Assembly: GCA_965202585.1 (NCBI GenBank)
Contig: OZ241830.1
Coordinates: forward strand, 73,904,001-73,968,000
Source: Thalia democratica
Taxonomy: Eukaryota
Reading direction: 5' to 3'
Length of the DNA stretch: 64,000 bases
Made by a program: the position numbers and the translations under genes. Below the pieces are notes generated by a model. That model searched no databases. It was not told where the DNA came from and saw only the letters and a list, made by a program, of their open reading frames with translations. Positions 63,866 through 64,000 of the stretch are shown in pieces. Numbering within the stretch: the stretch's first letter is position 1; each line of letters begins with the position of its first letter.

Positions 63866-64000
63866 ATGAGCCTCAAATCTCCACATGAACCTGCAAATGT
63901 TGTCGCTGCTTCAAACATTAAGAAGGTCGGTCTCAAAGAAGATACTCCAGAGGTTTCAACGAGCAAAAGTCCCGGGAAAGAAAGTCGCAGTGAAGTTGTC
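63866..64000 (+). CDS. 5' start of an unidentified gene, truncated by the window end
   Basis: acaaaATG follows a tttttag acceptor at 63851-52; 45 open codons MSLKSPHEPANVVAASNIKKVGLKEDTPEVSTSKSPGKESRSEVV, with GC above background. Confidence 0.65.
   Translation, partial: MSLKSPHEPANVVAASNIKKVGLKEDTPEVSTSKSPGKESRSEVV

Noticed and set aside
36488-64000. Four consecutive plus-strand genes as a trans-spliced operon
   Set aside because: Intergenic gaps are 2.5-6 kb, unlike tightly abutting operons; no SL evidence.

Overview
Very AT-rich metazoan genomic DNA with short introns; no prokaryotic features, CRISPR arrays, rRNA or intact tRNA genes were seen. The IAP motifs resemble tunicate IAPs, but that is a low-confidence guess. 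I built these spliced genes by hand, checking splice phases: a 16-exon XIAP-like IAP (3 BIR-UBA-RING, minus, 13105-25156), a 93-aa orphan (minus, 31520-32355), a B4GAT1-like glycosyltransferase lacking the DxD motif (plus, 36488-41483), an unidentified Ser-rich protein (plus, ~44056-46076), a ZIP13/SLC39A13 transporter (plus, 52324-59871) and the start of a further gene at 63866. Most ORFs in the supplied track are spurious AT-rich ORFs or single exons. The most striking non-coding signal is at 9220-10170: four minimal hammerhead-ribozyme motifs of two types, arranged as two inverted pairs between (TA)n tracts, resembling Penelope-like/retrozyme elements. The window also has 9 copies of a ~120-nt structured SINE-like repeat, several hAT/Charlie-type MITEs, a 1.3-kb TIR element with a 5-bp TSD, and LINE/LTR remnants.
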